Assembly: GCA_043815445.1 (NCBI GenBank)
Contig: JBDRIY010000054.1
Location: 527 to 64,526 of the forward strand
Direction: 5' to 3'
Length of the DNA: 64,000 bases
Source: Candidatus Omnitrophota bacterium
GTDB taxonomy: Bacteria > Omnitrophota > Gorgyraeia > Duberdicusellales > 4484-171
The notes beneath the pieces are model-generated. The model made no database searches. It was given only the letters and a program-made list of their open reading frames with translations, and was not told where the DNA came from. Shown here in pieces: positions 30,889 to 40,140 of this stretch; positions within the stretch are counted from its first letter, which is position 1; every line of letters begins with the position of its first letter. The position numbers and the translations under genes were made by a program.

Positions 30889-31857
30889 CTATACTCTCCT
30901 AACAAAATCAATCACTTTTTTATCATTCACAAACCCCATACTATAACAAGGCACCGCGCTGATTAAATCCTGGCAAAAAGATACAATATTTTCTAAACAC
31001 TGCTTATCCCAAAAAGTAGGAAAAAGCGCGGGATATAGTTTGTTAAAGGCTTCCTTTTTAGAAATTTTCTCCACAATATTTTTTTTGGCGTGGCGAATAA
31101 AGAATAATTTTTTCAAAGGCGCTGAATCTATTCGCGAAGTAAGGTAATCGTTAAAATCACCATGCCAGGGAGAACCGTGAATGGAAAAGCCTTTTCTATC
31201 CTTACGCACAATAATACGATCATCATTCAAAACCATTGCCTTTGTATGTTTATGCCAAATTCGGGCTGTAGTGCTTTTCCCAGCTCCGGATTCACCGGCA
31301 AAAACCAAGCCTTGCCCGTTTAAATCCTTTATCCCAATAGCATGGGTAAAAATCCCTTCCCGCCTTTGAGCAAAATAATTTATTAACAATACCTGTAAAA
31401 AATCATAGATAATATCTCCGGTGCTCCAAACAAATCCTTTGTTTTTTTTAAATAACTCCCGATCTTCTTCTCCAAACATATCTTTTTCTTTTTTAGGCAG
31501 AATAAAAGCTTCTATTTTATCAAAACTTTTGTTTACAAACATTATCTGCTTTTTATCTTCAAGAGGGCTTTTATAAATATAACTATCACCTTTTTTAAGC
31601 AAACGCCAGTTTTCGCTTCCATCCTGAAAATGATAAGTAACAAACAGAGGTTTTGCCTTAAAAACTTGAGGTAATTTATCCACTATTTCTATATCAATTA
31701 AGATATCAGTTTTTTTCTTTCCCTGATAAAAAAAATTATCAAACCTTTCTTCTATTTGAAGCTCTTTCTCTATCTTTGTGAATTGCTTAAGAGGAAACCG
31801 GCTTTGCATTTGAATAACTACGTCCGCAATTTTTAATTTAATTGTTGCTTTTTTCAT
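30889..31857 (-). CDS. HPr-kinase-related P-loop protein (ScmC-like)
   Basis: HAIGI..G..FAGESGAGKST, LNDDR, GSPWHG. Confidence 0.78.
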   Translation of the reverse strand: MKKATIKLKIADVVIQMQSRFPLKQFTKIEKELQIEERFDNFFYQGKKKTDILIDIEIVDKLPQVFKAKPLFVTYHFQDGSENWRLLKKGDSYIYKSPLEDKKQIMFVNKSFDKIEAFILPKKEKDMFGEEDRELFKKNKGFVWSTGDIIYDFLQVLLINYFAQRREGIFTHAIGIKDLNGQGLVFAGESGAGKSTTARIWHKHTKAMVLNDDRIIVRKDRKGFSIHGSPWHGDFNDYLTSRIDSAPLKKLFFIRHAKKNIVEKISKKEAFNKLYPALFPTFWDKQCLENIVSFCQDLISAVPCYSMGFVNDKKVIDFVRRV

Positions 31858-31907
31858 TTAATCTCCTAATTTTTTTAATAACGGCCGCAAAATATTGCGG
31901 CTCTACA

Positions 31908-33074
31908 CTATATGAATTCTTTAATACGCTTTTGCGCTGTTTTTGCCAACTCACAAAAATATTCTACTTCCTTATGCATATCTCCTGTCTCAAGATAAGC
32001 TTTGCCCGGGCACAATAAACAAAAATCAATCATATCACAGTTATAACACTTAGAATCCGTCTTGATCTTTACTCCGGCTATATTTTGAAATACAGAAAAC
32101 ATTTTTCTTATATCTTCCGGCTCTGCCTTTAATAAATCTATCCCTGGCTCGCGAATACAAGAACACATAAACATCTTCCCGTAAGGATCAATATTAACCC
32201 CGTCTAAACTGCCTGCCGCGCACCTAAAAAGCCTTTTATCACTAATAGTATTTTTCGTCATTCCTACGCCACTTTCATCATTCCCATATTTTTTGTCATT
32301 CCCGCGTTCCCTTTTGTCATTGCCCGGCTTGACCGGGCAATCCAGAAACATATTAATTCCGCCTTCGTCTTCTTCCACGCTTTGGACTTCAAACAACTTA
32401 TCTAATTCTACAATCTGTTCAGGCTTAAGCCGCAGACTGCACGGCGTGGTATCGCCGTCTAACCCCGCCTGCAATAATAAACCAGGCCTGAATTCCAAAC
32501 CTCTACTCTCCAAAAATTCTTTTATTTTCGGCAATTCTTCTAAATTCTGCTGAGTTGCCATAGTCTTTACTTTTAAGGGCAGATTTCTTTTTAAAATCAT
32601 ATCTAAACCTGCCATTGCCTTTTTATATGAACCTTTAACCCTAGTTATATTTTCATAAGTATTCTTGGTTACACCGTTAATAGTTATTTCAATGGCAAAA
32701 GGAGGCCTTTTTGCTAAATAGTCCGCGGCTTGTTCCGTTAAAGAATATCCTGTAGTAAATATAGTTATCAAAAAACCTTTATCTTTAGCATACTCATATA
32801 TTTCTAAAAAATCGTTTCTTTCTAAAGGGTCTCCGCCGGTAAAACAAAGCCAGATAACACCTAATTTATATATTTTATCAATGATAAGCTTAATCTGTTC
32901 AGTATTTAACTCTTTTTTAATATAAGAAGGCTTATTGTAACAATCACAATAACAATGCCCACAATGCAGGCCGCACTTAAAAGTAAGCTCAAACTGACAA
33001 ACATTCTGCTTACTAATCCGCCAGTTTTTTTTATGAGTATTTAAACTAAAATCCTTATATTGAATTGTCTTCAC
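31908..33074 (-). CDS. Radical SAM/SPASM peptide maturase candidate
   Basis: CGLHCGHC, FTGGDP, SPASM cysteines RCAAG..CSC..CYNC..CLLCPG. Confidence 0.9.
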   Translation of the reverse strand: MKTIQYKDFSLNTHKKNWRISKQNVCQFELTFKCGLHCGHCYCDCYNKPSYIKKELNTEQIKLIIDKIYKLGVIWLCFTGGDPLERNDFLEIYEYAKDKGFLITIFTTGYSLTEQAADYLAKRPPFAIEITINGVTKNTYENITRVKGSYKKAMAGLDMILKRNLPLKVKTMATQQNLEELPKIKEFLESRGLEFRPGLLLQAGLDGDTTPCSLRLKPEQIVELDKLFEVQSVEEDEGGINMFLDCPVKPGNDKRERGNDKKYGNDESGVGMTKNTISDKRLFRCAAGSLDGVNIDPYGKMFMCSCIREPGIDLLKAEPEDIRKMFSVFQNIAGVKIKTDSKCYNCDMIDFCLLCPGKAYLETGDMHKEVEYFCELAKTAQKRIKEFI

Positions 33075-33075
33075 T

Positions 33076-34179
33076 TTAAACCTTTAATGATAGTGACTCT
33101 GCTTTACGTTTACTTTCCGAATCACAACTTGTAAAATCTTTATTATTAAGCCAAGCCTTAGCAGGGCACCACTTGCAATAATCTTCTAATTCACACTCCG
33201 AACATTGATAATTGTCATCAGGCTTTATATCTTTTACCGCCTTTTTCATCTTATCCCAGGCGCTTCTTAAACCCATTTTCAATATATTATATTTTAAATA
33301 ATCAATCATCAAACACATTTTTAATTCACCAAAAGGCGTAATAGCCGCCTGAGCCTGCCCCACCCCGCATTTAAAAAGACTATTCACGCTGCAAGCCGCA
33401 GGCTGCAGGCTACAGGCTTCTCCCCTTTCTCTTCCCTCTCTCTTGCTCCCTTCCTCATTGCTAACTGCTAATTGATAATTGCTAATTGATAATTCCCCCT
33501 TCTCCGTTCCCCCTTCATCCTTCGTTAACACCCCTCTATACTCAAACGGCTCCCTTGAACCGTCTAATCGCGGCAGAAGCATATCATCTAAACGGTGCAA
33601 CGCGCCTAATGAAGCGGCAAAATCTTGTATCTTTTTTATTTCCTTTTCATTTTCTTTTAAAACACAAGTTTTAAATCCCAAGCTAACCTCATTTTTACGT
33701 AAAAGTTCTATTGCCTTAAATACTTTATCCCTTGAACCGTTTGCTCCGCTAATAAGCTCAAACGCTTTTTTACTCATCCCGGGAATTGTAATATCCACTT
33801 TATTCGGACGCAGGCTCCCGAGTTGAGCCGCGATTTTCGCGTTAATCAAAGAACCATTGGTATAAATAATAATCTCGAAACCGGATTTCTTAGCATAACT
33901 AAGAATTTTTATTATATCCTTCCTCATAAAGGGCTCGCCTCCAGTAAACCCTAAATAAAAACAGCCTAAGTCTTTCAATTGGTCTAAAATAATACATATC
34001 TCTTTTGTCTTAAGCTCTTTTTTCTTATTTTTGTAACTCTGCGGAACATAACAATGCCGGCATTTAAAATTACACTCATAAGTCAACTCAAACATCACCC
34101 GTAAAGGAAAAAGTTTCTCGCGCGCCTGTTTATGCAATTTCGCGTAAAATTCCTGATTAATGTCGGTTTTTATCGCCAT
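33076..34179 (-). CDS. Radical SAM/SPASM peptide maturase candidate
   Basis: CNFKCRHC, FTGGEP, KCGVG..C..CSEC..CKWCPA. Confidence 0.9.
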   Translation of the reverse strand: MAIKTDINQEFYAKLHKQAREKLFPLRVMFELTYECNFKCRHCYVPQSYKNKKKELKTKEICIILDQLKDLGCFYLGFTGGEPFMRKDIIKILSYAKKSGFEIIIYTNGSLINAKIAAQLGSLRPNKVDITIPGMSKKAFELISGANGSRDKVFKAIELLRKNEVSLGFKTCVLKENEKEIKKIQDFAASLGALHRLDDMLLPRLDGSREPFEYRGVLTKDEGGTEKGELSISNYQLAVSNEEGSKREGRERGEACSLQPAACSVNSLFKCGVGQAQAAITPFGELKMCLMIDYLKYNILKMGLRSAWDKMKKAVKDIKPDDNYQCSECELEDYCKWCPAKAWLNNKDFTSCDSESKRKAESLSLKV

Positions 34180-34264
34180 TATTTTCCTAAATCATTTACG
34201 TCTGAAGCGATTATCTAAAATTAGCTTCCCTGCCCTAAAAATTCATACAACAGAACCACAAAGA
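34155..34264. repeat. About 110-bp direct repeat, copy A (includes the radical SAM gene start)
   Basis: Aligns with 36318-36427 (shared ctgaagcgattatctaaaattagcttccct core). Confidence 0.85.
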
Positions 34265-34308
34265 ATAAGTTTTAAAAAATGGCGCAATCAAGCATTTTAT
34301 GCCTATTG

Positions 34309-35358
34309 CTAATTTTTTGCCCCAATAGCCAGCGCCCAATAAAAATACGCTTCCGGAATAACAGCCTGAAGCCTCTCAAGAATTTTATATTCCTTCGGAA
34401 ATGTCATTCCCTGAGTTAAGGATAAATCTATATTTTTTATAAGCCGCGGGTTTTCTTTATTTTTAAACATACTCGCCATATATACAATTTTAGCATAAGC
34501 AATTTTTATATCTTGTTTGTTTACCTTTTTCCCTAAATGATTGGTAACTTTAGCCAGGCCATCATCAATAAGCGCAATCTCCGAAAATGAATTATCAGCG
34601 CCTTTAAGTAATGCTTGTGAATATTTAAACGCGATATCTATAACATCATTGAGAACCTCATCCATAGAATAAGCTGTCCCGCGAAAATCATTCTCTTGTT
34701 GTACAGTATTCAGAAAACTCTGCTTCATGTCGTTGATGTCGCTTGCGATATTAAAAAGCTCATTTAAATCAATAATTTGCTTTACGCACTCCATTGACCG
34801 TTTTTCATTTAAAGGAATACCTATAGTCTTAGGCGAAATTGCTGTCATTTTATCGCCTAATAAGCCTTCCGGAGTTGGGATACTGACAACTGCATTTGAA
34901 TTGAAGAATACCAGCGGAAATTTTGATATGTTTTTCTCAACTAGTTTCTTATATGGATACTTTGTAAAAACAACGTCTAAAAGTATATACTGCTGTTCTT
35001 TTGAGAAATGTGATGTAAACTGAAATTTATAATGCGCTTTTGGTATCTTACTGCCGCGAATATTCTCTTTTACGATATTGAACCACTGTGATGTTGATAT
35101 CATCTTGACAAGCGCGCCTTTCAACCCTGCCCGCTCTTCCAGCGGCAAAAGAATATCAATATCTATAGATAGCCGGGCTGGCGGAAAAATATGTAAAAGG
35201 ATAGATGTCCCGCCCTTAAATACCAGCTTCGAATAAACGCCAAGTAATTCATCCAATAAATTAAAGGCATAAACTGTCTTTTCGAAAATTCCACGGTCGC
35301 TAAACCCAAGCTCTTTTCTTAAAGATTCCAACTGATTAATATCTATCTGTTTCTTCAT
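34309..35358 (-). CDS. AbiEii-family nucleotidyltransferase toxin (type IV TA)
   Basis: LVFKGGTSI..RLSIDIDI; LLGDKMTA. Confidence 0.85.
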   Translation of the reverse strand: MKKQIDINQLESLRKELGFSDRGIFEKTVYAFNLLDELLGVYSKLVFKGGTSILLHIFPPARLSIDIDILLPLEERAGLKGALVKMISTSQWFNIVKENIRGSKIPKAHYKFQFTSHFSKEQQYILLDVVFTKYPYKKLVEKNISKFPLVFFNSNAVVSIPTPEGLLGDKMTAISPKTIGIPLNEKRSMECVKQIIDLNELFNIASDINDMKQSFLNTVQQENDFRGTAYSMDEVLNDVIDIAFKYSQALLKGADNSFSEIALIDDGLAKVTNHLGKKVNKQDIKIAYAKIVYMASMFKNKENPRLIKNIDLSLTQGMTFPKEYKILERLQAVIPEAYFYWALAIGAKN

Positions 35359-35382
35359 AAAAACTACTTTTCTCTTGGTTAT

Positions 35383-36114
35383 CTATGGCAGTAAATTATA
35401 CTTATTGCCATAGATACCATTGTTAAGTCCAAGTTTATCAATGAGTTGTGAAATTAGCTTTCGGAGGTTTCTCCGTCTAACAGCATAATCAAAAACCGCA
35501 GCAAAATTTATCCTGTAAAGATCGTAAATAAATCCCCATAGCTCCCAATAATCAGCTTCCGGCATTATTCTGTATTTATCTTTAATAACATAAAGATCTA
35601 CCATCATCTTTTCAAGATCCGGCTTATGCCCATTTCTTGGTGACCGGTTAATAAGGGAACGCGCAATAATTGGATTTTTTGTAATGTCAAATCCCGCGGG
35701 AGAATCCTTACTTTTAGTTTCCACGAACACATAGCGGTAAAACTGAGATATTCTATCAGTTACAGGATGAACGCCGTCATATTCAACCTCTACAAAAGTG
35801 ATGTGGTGTGTTTGCTGATGATGATAATAAGGCTGAAAATATAATGTATTCCAAATAAGAAAATCAAGATCAGGAAATTCCTTTTTGATAAGCTGACGAA
35901 TTTTAATAACACGGTTATTTTTCGGACAAATAAATTCCTTTGAAACAGAAGTATATAGACCGCGCCCAGCAGAAAAAACAATTTTTTCGTCTTTAAACGA
36001 CTGTAGATAATTAAGTAACGTCTGCCTTCCAAGCCTCGTATCCTTAACAATCTGCGCTAAAGAAAAATAACGATGATTTCTTATGTATTCTCTAATTAAT
36101 TCTTTTTTATCCAA
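35383..36114 (-). CDS. AbiEi-like antitoxin (N-terminal wHTH)
   Basis: HTH plus GRGLY, P.LEKMMVDL, YAVRR; directly upstream of AbiEii; TTG start with GAGGTG RBS. Confidence 0.75.
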   Translation of the reverse strand: MDKKELIREYIRNHRYFSLAQIVKDTRLGRQTLLNYLQSFKDEKIVFSAGRGLYTSVSKEFICPKNNRVIKIRQLIKKEFPDLDFLIWNTLYFQPYYHHQQTHHITFVEVEYDGVHPVTDRISQFYRYVFVETKSKDSPAGFDITKNPIIARSLINRSPRNGHKPDLEKMMVDLYVIKDKYRIMPEADYWELWGFIYDLYRINFAAVFDYAVRRRNLRKLISQLIDKLGLNNGIYGNKYNLLP

Positions 36115-36317
36115 AGCTCACCTCGATTTTGATAATTCAAGCTTCTTTGCTCTACACTGGCTATTATAACATTGGGAATTTGAAAAATGAAGAGGCTATT
36201 ACAATGGCCCCCGAAGCCTGCCCTGATTATTATATCGGGATTCCACAAGGATAATGCTAAAGGATAAACAGATATATTTACGGCAAATAACTGGGTCCTC
36301 TTTCCTCTGGTTTGCTT

Positions 36318-36427
36318 GATTAATATCAGTTTTTATCGCCATTGCCTTCCTAAATCATTCGCGCCTGAAGCGATTATCTAAAATTAGCTTCCCTACCTTA
36401 AGAATGTCTACCACAGAGTCACAAAGA
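36318..36427. repeat. About 110-bp direct repeat, copy B
   Basis: Aligns with 34155-34264; encodes abortive MAIKTDINQ start on the minus strand. Confidence 0.85.
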
Positions 36428-36460
36428 CACAAAGTAGAAACAAACCCCTGTATCTGTCCG

Positions 36461-36844
36461 TTATAGAACCATTCTCTTTACGCCGTTTTTCATTAAATCA
36501 GTATTAAAATTCAAAATTAACCCTATGCTTAATCCTGTTAATTTTAAATAGGTTAGCAATTGCGCTTGATGAACAGGTAAAATATTTTCTACACATTTCA
36601 TTTCAACTATCACTATATTTTCTACAATTAAATCAATCCTGTATTTTTCCGCTAACTTTATGTTTTTGTAAACGATAGGGATCTCTTTTTGCCTTAGATA
36701 CTTAACTTTATTTAATTCAAATTCCTTACATAAACATTCCTCATAGATAGATTCTAATAATCCATGGCCTAAGTGTTTATGAACTTCTATAGCACATTTT
36801 ATTATTTTTTCCGATATTCTATTCCTTAACTCTAATTTATCCAT
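36461..36844 (-). CDS. GxxExxY family protein (PD-(D/E)XK-like)
   Basis: EVHKHLGHGLLESIYEECL, YRIDLIVE, VEMK, AQLLTYLK, GLILNF. Confidence 0.92.
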   Translation of the reverse strand: MDKLELRNRISEKIIKCAIEVHKHLGHGLLESIYEECLCKEFELNKVKYLRQKEIPIVYKNIKLAEKYRIDLIVENIVIVEMKCVENILPVHQAQLLTYLKLTGLSIGLILNFNTDLMKNGVKRMVL

Positions 36845-36922
36845 TGTATTCCTCTGTGCCTCCGTGACTCTGTGGTTTAAAGTTTTCATACCCACTTATG
36901 TATTTTCGCGTAAAATTCCTGA

Positions 36923-38023
36923 TTAATGCCGGTTTTCATCGCCATTTTTCTGTTTATTTTCTAACTCTTCATTTAACGCCCGCGCTAATTCGCAATAATA
37001 AGGAACTGGGGCTTCTTCATCGCCTGTTTCTAAATAGGCTCTGGCCGGGCAGTGATAACAAAGCGCGCGTAACTTACAATCCCTGCATTTTGAGTCAGTT
37101 TTAAATTTCTCGCTTAATAATTTAGGAAATGCTTTATAAAACCCTTCCGCGAACGATACTTTCTTTAAATCCACGCTAAACTTATCAGAAAAAGCGCAAA
37201 ACTTAAGCCGGCCATAAGGATTAATAAAAAACTGGCTCATCCAGGCATTACAGCGGTAAAGAAATTGCCTGTCTCTCTCTAAATCAGGAAAATCATTGTC
37301 TAATCCTTTTTGATACTGCTTCCAAATATCAGAATCCTGCTTTTTCGCCTCTATCAATTCTTGGGCAGAAAGCCTATACTGACAAGGAGTTTTATCTCCA
37401 TTAAACCGGGGGTATATCATTGGATCATATTTAAAATAGTATTTATTCTTTGCCGGTTTTCCCAGAAGTTCTTCAGTAAATTCTTTTATCTTACCGACTT
37501 CATTTTTATTCTGCTTAAGACAATTTGTTTTTAGTATTAAGGGGAGTTTTTTCTTTGCTAATAATTTAACAGTTCTCATCACCTTAGAAAAAGAGCCCTG
37601 AACCTGAGTAATCGCTTCATAAGTTCTTTGGGTTATGCCATTTAAGGTAATTTCTATAGAACAAGGCGGGGATTTAACCAGATAAGAAATGATTTCTTTT
37701 GTAAATTTTTGGCCATTGGTAAAAACAGTTATAATAAATCCTTTTTCTTTAGCATAAGCGTATATCTCTAAAAAATCCTTTCTGATTAAAGGGTCTCCGC
37801 CGGTAAGAGCCAGCCAAAGGCATCCTTGCTTGTGAATTTCATCAAGAATTGTCTTCCATTGCTTTGCGGTTAATTCTTCACCCCTATTTTCGCTCCCTTT
37901 GCAGTAGCAGTGGCCGCAGTTCAAATTGCAGCGATAGGTAAGCTCAATATGCGCGCTCCAAGGATAATGTTCTTTCTTGTTTTGCAGTTTATTATAAAAA
38001 CGGCCGGAGTTTTGAACTTTCAT
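36923..38023 (-). CDS. Radical SAM/SPASM peptide maturase candidate
   Basis: CNLNCGHC, LTGGDP, RCNAW..C..CRDC..CYHCPARAYLETGD; likely start ATG 38023. Confidence 0.9.
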   Translation of the reverse strand: MKVQNSGRFYNKLQNKKEHYPWSAHIELTYRCNLNCGHCYCKGSENRGEELTAKQWKTILDEIHKQGCLWLALTGGDPLIRKDFLEIYAYAKEKGFIITVFTNGQKFTKEIISYLVKSPPCSIEITLNGITQRTYEAITQVQGSFSKVMRTVKLLAKKKLPLILKTNCLKQNKNEVGKIKEFTEELLGKPAKNKYYFKYDPMIYPRFNGDKTPCQYRLSAQELIEAKKQDSDIWKQYQKGLDNDFPDLERDRQFLYRCNAWMSQFFINPYGRLKFCAFSDKFSVDLKKVSFAEGFYKAFPKLLSEKFKTDSKCRDCKLRALCYHCPARAYLETGDEEAPVPYYCELARALNEELENKQKNGDENRH

Positions 38024-38116
38024 ATAAAAAGTTTTTCCTTTATAGACAAACTTAATCTGCGCGCCCAAGAGATTTTACTATTTTCTACTTTAATCGCCCC
38101 TATTTTTAAAAAGAGT

Positions 38117-38326
38117 TTAAGAATTAGCGGATGTCAGCGACCAGTTATTACTGTTCCCTCTATGGCCCTTCCCACTGTAACATATATCGGCCCGTAGAGG
38201 CCAGTTAGTCTCACCCCTAAGCGGGTAGATTTTACCAAGATCCCAACAATCGCACATTAGCACCGCCTGTTCCGCATTAAGTTTTACCCGTGTAATTTCC
38301 GGCTTAAATTTTGGTTTTCTAAGCAT
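38117..38326 (-). CDS. Putative RiPP precursor peptide 1 (69 aa)
   Basis: AGGAGG RBS then MLRKPKFKPEITRVKLNAEQAVLMCDCW...; leader shared with two paralogs. Confidence 0.85.
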   Translation of the reverse strand: MLRKPKFKPEITRVKLNAEQAVLMCDCWDLGKIYPLRGETNWPLRADICYSGKGHRGNSNNWSLTSANS

Positions 38327-38366
38327 TCCCGTGACCTCCTTTCGTTTTTTATTTTTTATAATAAAA

Positions 38367-39965
38367 CTACTCAATTATAAATATCTGAATTGCTTCAAGG
38401 CCGTTAGGGTAATAAATCGTTTTGATTGGGACTTTATGAGAATATTCTTTTTTAAAAGAAACATATTTATAAATAAACAAATCACCCCAATAATCCTGAG
38501 AATGAGATTCCGGCGCCCAAAGAACATAAATTCTTTTTTTTTGTTCTTTTTCGCCTTGAACTAAACGAAAATCATAATATTTATCTATTTTGCCTTTTTC
38601 CCAAAGGTAATAATTAAGGTAAAAATCCGTTGTCATTCTGCTATCTTGAATTATAACATAATCTTTAATGTTATCCAATTGGCTTAAATATTCCCCGGCC
38701 TCTTGACAGCCATAACTATTATGCCGGCACTGGCCTAAATCCAGAGGCGCGGCGTAACAAAACTTTGTCCATTGCACTGCCTCCGTAATTATTAAACTAA
38801 AGCAAAATGTACCCGTAATAATCAAAATGAACGCTTTTGTAAAGCCTTGTTTTTGCAAGCCATAGTTAAATATCTGCGCAATGAACTTAGCAATTAAAAT
38901 TATTATCGGCGGCAAAATAATAAGAGCGTATCTTGGCTGAAAAAAATTCACTCCGCCTAAAACTCCTATCAACCCTAAAATCAGCCAGGTTAAAAGAATT
39001 TTATCCGCTGTTTTCCTTTGAAAAAAAGAAGTAATACAAGAGGTGAATAAAAGAAAAAATGCTATTGGGTGAGCTAATAATGGCGCTTTCAAAGCCTTGC
39101 CGTAAAGCAAAGATGAGCTTTTAAAGTTAAAAAACAACTCTTTAAAGGTAAATAACGTATTATTTTTAATATTTACCCAAATATTAGCAAATAAATTACC
39201 TTTAAAAATGTTTTCCTGATACGCGCGGTAGAAACTTTGCCCGAATTCATCTCCCCTTATCATACTTTTATAGATAAAAGGCAAGCTGAATAAACCCGCG
39301 ATTAATAATAAAATAACAGTTATCTTGGAATTTAAAAGATATCTCGCATCTTTTTTAGCCCATATTAACGATATAAAAAATATAGGGGCAAAAAGGGCCG
39401 CGGACTCATAACTTACTAAAGATTTTTGCATAAAAAAACAAGATAATATAAACCATAGCCCAATCCCTATTTTTTCTTTATTCTCAATTGCTTTAAAAGC
39501 CTTGAACAAACTTAAAAAAATTAAACAGCCGAAAAAAGGAACCCAAATTACCCTGCCCATAATCCGGCTATGAATTAAATGCCAGGGAAGAAAACATAGC
39601 AAAAGTGAAGATATTAGAGCTGTTTTACGGCCATACATACACTTTGCTAATATATACAGCAATACAACTGTCCCCGCCCCTATGATTATCGGCTCAAAGC
39701 GGCAATGAATCATAAAATTGTTTAGGGTAAATACTTCCGGCGAAGATATACGTGAAATCAAAAAAAAACGCAGAGAATAGGGGATAAAAAAAATTATAGG
39801 TATACCTATGATTTCTTTAATTAATTCCGGCCAGATCAGTAAAATCCTTGCCCAATTAGCTTCATCATGATTTACGGGCAACATCTTTATATTATAAAAT
39901 CTTATAATAAACGCGCCGATGAAAATAACAATAATTAATAAAATATCCGGCAGTAATCGCTTCAT
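38367..39965 (-). CDS. GT-C (ArnT/PMT-like) membrane glycosyltransferase, paralog A
   Basis: R.YNI..LPVNHDEA luminal DE motif, many TM helices, QPRY; start MKRLLPD. Confidence 0.82.
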   Translation of the reverse strand: MKRLLPDILLIIVIFIGAFIIRFYNIKMLPVNHDEANWARILLIWPELIKEIIGIPIIFFIPYSLRFFLISRISSPEVFTLNNFMIHCRFEPIIIGAGTVVLLYILAKCMYGRKTALISSLLLCFLPWHLIHSRIMGRVIWVPFFGCLIFLSLFKAFKAIENKEKIGIGLWFILSCFFMQKSLVSYESAALFAPIFFISLIWAKKDARYLLNSKITVILLLIAGLFSLPFIYKSMIRGDEFGQSFYRAYQENIFKGNLFANIWVNIKNNTLFTFKELFFNFKSSSLLYGKALKAPLLAHPIAFFLLFTSCITSFFQRKTADKILLTWLILGLIGVLGGVNFFQPRYALIILPPIIILIAKFIAQIFNYGLQKQGFTKAFILIITGTFCFSLIITEAVQWTKFCYAAPLDLGQCRHNSYGCQEAGEYLSQLDNIKDYVIIQDSRMTTDFYLNYYLWEKGKIDKYYDFRLVQGEKEQKKRIYVLWAPESHSQDYWGDLFIYKYVSFKKEYSHKVPIKTIYYPNGLEAIQIFIIE

Positions 39966-40140
39966 TTTTTTATGAAACTTTAACTTTCCCATTTTTCGCG
40001 CAGTCCTCAAAGGGTGCTACATTCTTCAATTATCCAAAATTATAAATTCCTGTTTTTACATAATGGCAGCTATAGGGAAAAATGCCTGTGGACGCCTGTC
40101 AACCGATAAACTATAATTAATGTAGATTACAAAGATTAAA

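Noticed and set aside
30532-38023. PQQ or mycofactocin biosynthesis
   Set aside because: No PqqA (ExxxY), PqqB/C or MftA-like peptide is present; PqqD here is best read as a generic RRE.
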